Below are positions 62,934-64,000 of a stretch of 64,000 nucleotides of DNA, one piece after another. Source of the stretch: Camelus dromedarius. Lineage: Eukaryota. Location of the stretch: positions 85,314,001 through 85,378,000 of the forward strand of contig NC_087436.1 of NCBI RefSeq assembly GCF_036321535.1, given 5' to 3'. The notes below the pieces were generated by a model that was given only the letters and a program-made list of their open reading frames with translations, did no database searches and was not told the origin of the DNA. Position 1 is the first letter of the stretch. The number at the start of each line of letters is the position of its first letter. Made by a program: the position numbers and the translations under genes.

Positions 62934-62952
62934 CAGTGCCATCTAGTGGCCG
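62934..62952 (-). promoter_or_regulatory. Predicted CTCF-binding site
   Basis: Minus strand CGGCCACTAGATGGCACTG closely fits the CTCF core consensus CC(A/G)(C/G)(C/T)AG(A/G)(G/T)GGC(A/G)(C/G). Motif only, binding not shown. Confidence 0.65.
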
Positions 62953-63499
62953 GGACATTTCAGAATGTGCTGTGGGCCTAGATGGTGCACCCAGAGGTGA
63001 CAGAGGGCCTGCTGTTCTGCAGCTGAATGAAATGCTGCTAACTGATTTCAAAGGGGAGTCTTGGGCATGCCAGCCAGGACTGGAAACATTGTGTGACCTC
63101 ATTCCTGTCCTGAGTTGCATAAAGAGTACAACTTTGTCTCTGCAGACAGAACAGGAAGTCAGACCTTGGATCCTCTGGTGCCTTCTCTTCCTTGGACTGG
63201 CCACACAGAGGAACTCTGTGTTTCCAATAGGTGTAGCAGCCTCTTGGAGCAATGCAGACTCCACACGGATTTGCCAGCGTAGTGGTGAGGAATGTGATGA
63301 TGGCCGTCACGTGGTTTGTGACTCATGAACAGGATGACATCAGTAAGGTGCTTAACCTCTTTAAGCCTCTGTGGGTGTGGAGAGAAACGGTACCTACCTT
63401 ACAGAGTTTTCCTGCCAGTGCACATCTGTGCTTAGCATATGCCTGATGCATGGAAGGTGCTCCGTAAACATTAGCCATGCTTAGTTTTCACTTATAAAT

Positions 63500-64000
63500 T
63501 TTTTTTTATTGAGGCATAGTTGATGTACAATATTATATAAATTACAGGTGTGCAATGTAATAATTTATAATTTTTAAAGGTTATACTCAACTTATAGTTA
63601 TAAAATATTGGCTGTATTCCTTGTGTTGTATGATACATCCTTGTAACTTATTTATTTTATATATAATAATTTGTACCTCTTAATCCCCTATCCCTGTCTT
63701 GCCCTCCTCACTTCCCTCTCCCTACTGGTTACCACCAGTTTGTTCTCTACATCTGTGAGCCTGTTTCTTTTTTAGTATATTCACTAGTTCATTTTTCTTT
63801 TAGACTTCACATGTAAGTGATATCATATAGTATTTGTCTTTCTCTAACTTATTTCACTTAGCATAATGCCCTCCAAGTCCATCTGTATTGTTGCCAATGG
63901 AAAAACTTCATTTTTAATGGCAAAGTAATATTCTATTATATATATATATACACACACACAACATCTTCTTTATCCAGTCATCTGTCAGTGGACACTTAGG
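63500..64000 (-). mobile_element. L1 3' UTR running off the window end
   Basis: 'ttttttattgaggcatagttgatgtacaatattatataa...gtgatatcatatagtatttgtctttctctaacttatttcacttagcataatgccctc'. Confidence 0.9.

Overview
Mammalian genomic DNA, CpG-depleted and AT-rich, very probably from a camelid. The evidence is three tRNA-Ala-derived SINEs of the camelid vic-1 type plus young L1 3' ends of one family. The window looks intronic or intergenic. I find no recognisable cellular protein-coding exon, RNA gene, CpG island or prokaryotic-type system. A large share of it is transposable-element debris: young and old L1, L2, MIR, ERVL/MaLR LTRs, and hAT/TcMar DNA transposons. The only ORFs with recognisable homology are L1 ORF1/ORF2 fragments. 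The best-supported observations are a twin-priming-inverted L1, several nested insertions with readable TSDs, a near-perfect 123-bp tandem duplication, a diverged ~110-bp dispersed duplication, a nested 27-bp palindrome, a strong CTCF motif, and a few exon-like or enhancer-like unique segments. I cannot support a novel biological system from the sequence alone. TE subfamily names come from recalled consensus features, not a search, and element boundaries are approximate unless TSDs are given.
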